In this document: piece after piece, positions 63,631 to 64,000 of the stretch | How the letters are laid out: the number at the start of each line of letters is the position of its first letter | Numbering within the stretch: position 1 is the stretch's first letter | Source of the DNA: Antedon mediterranea | Lineage: Eukaryota > Animalia > Echinodermata | Assembly: GCF_964355755.1 (NCBI RefSeq) | Contig: NC_092672.1 | Span: 24,193,237 to 24,257,236, forward strand | DNA: 64,000 bases | Direction: 5' to 3' | The notes under the pieces: generated by a model | Told to the model about the DNA's origin: nothing | Seen by the model: only the letters and a program-made list of their open reading frames with translations | Databases searched by the model: none | Made by a program: the position numbers and the translations under genes

Positions 63631-64000
63631 TTAGTGCTTAGTGTGTGACCTGAAGGTGACAAAGTCACATTCCTCAAATATGTATCATGTTCAAAGATAC
63701 TTTAAAACCATATAACTATAACATCTTTATTATTTTGTCTGTTTTTGTTATTGCATGCATCCATACATATGGGGAATAAAAAGTGACCGCAATTTGGGCG
63801 AGGCGCCTGGGGGTAATGAGGTATCAAACTGACTGATTTTACTGTGAAGTTTTAAACTATAATTGTAACAGGTATTCTGTACTTACTAGTATAAGATATG
63901 TTTTTATTCAATTGTGATATTTTATGTAAAGGTTGTCATTTTGTTTTTTGTTTTATTATGAACAAAAATGTGCATTTCTCTAACATATATTTATTTTTTA

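Overview
AT-rich animal genomic DNA, probably a marine invertebrate (deuterostome/echinoderm-like; inference only). It is almost entirely transposable-element sequence in intronic or intergenic space. No prokaryotic features or CRISPR arrays are present. The only clear host coding piece is one 99-nt ankyrin-repeat exon (41956-42054, +). There is also a tentative small spliced gene on the minus strand (about 11.4-14.3 kb). Elements from left to right: (1) 3' half of a young L2/CR1-group LINE with an open RT frame; (2) a 7.8-kb array of five Helentron-type non-autonomous elements (HINE/DINE-1 architecture) that appear to insert into their own (TTA)n tract; (3) hAT remnant; (4) Chapaev transposon with CAC..GTG ends and a GCGT TSD; (5) an Academ transposon holding a deep nest (L1/Tx1 > HINE > piggyBac-type element > higher-order minisatellite > Deu/Nin-domain SINE); (6) a Penelope-type repeat with a minimal hammerhead ribozyme inside (TA)n; (7) a 6.9-kb CCC..GGG element with 112-bp and 61-bp satellite arms; (8) a 2.1-kb foldback element; (9) a Sola2 transposon; (10) several MITEs; (11) a full-length but decayed BEL/Pao LTR retrotransposon; (12) a tRNA-containing repeat cassette. 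Family calls rest on termini, TSDs and protein motifs read by eye, with no database search. I found no convincing new protein-coding system. The most novel-looking signals are structural: the self-targeting rolling-circle array, the nesting series, the ribozyme and the tRNA/inverted-repeat cassette.
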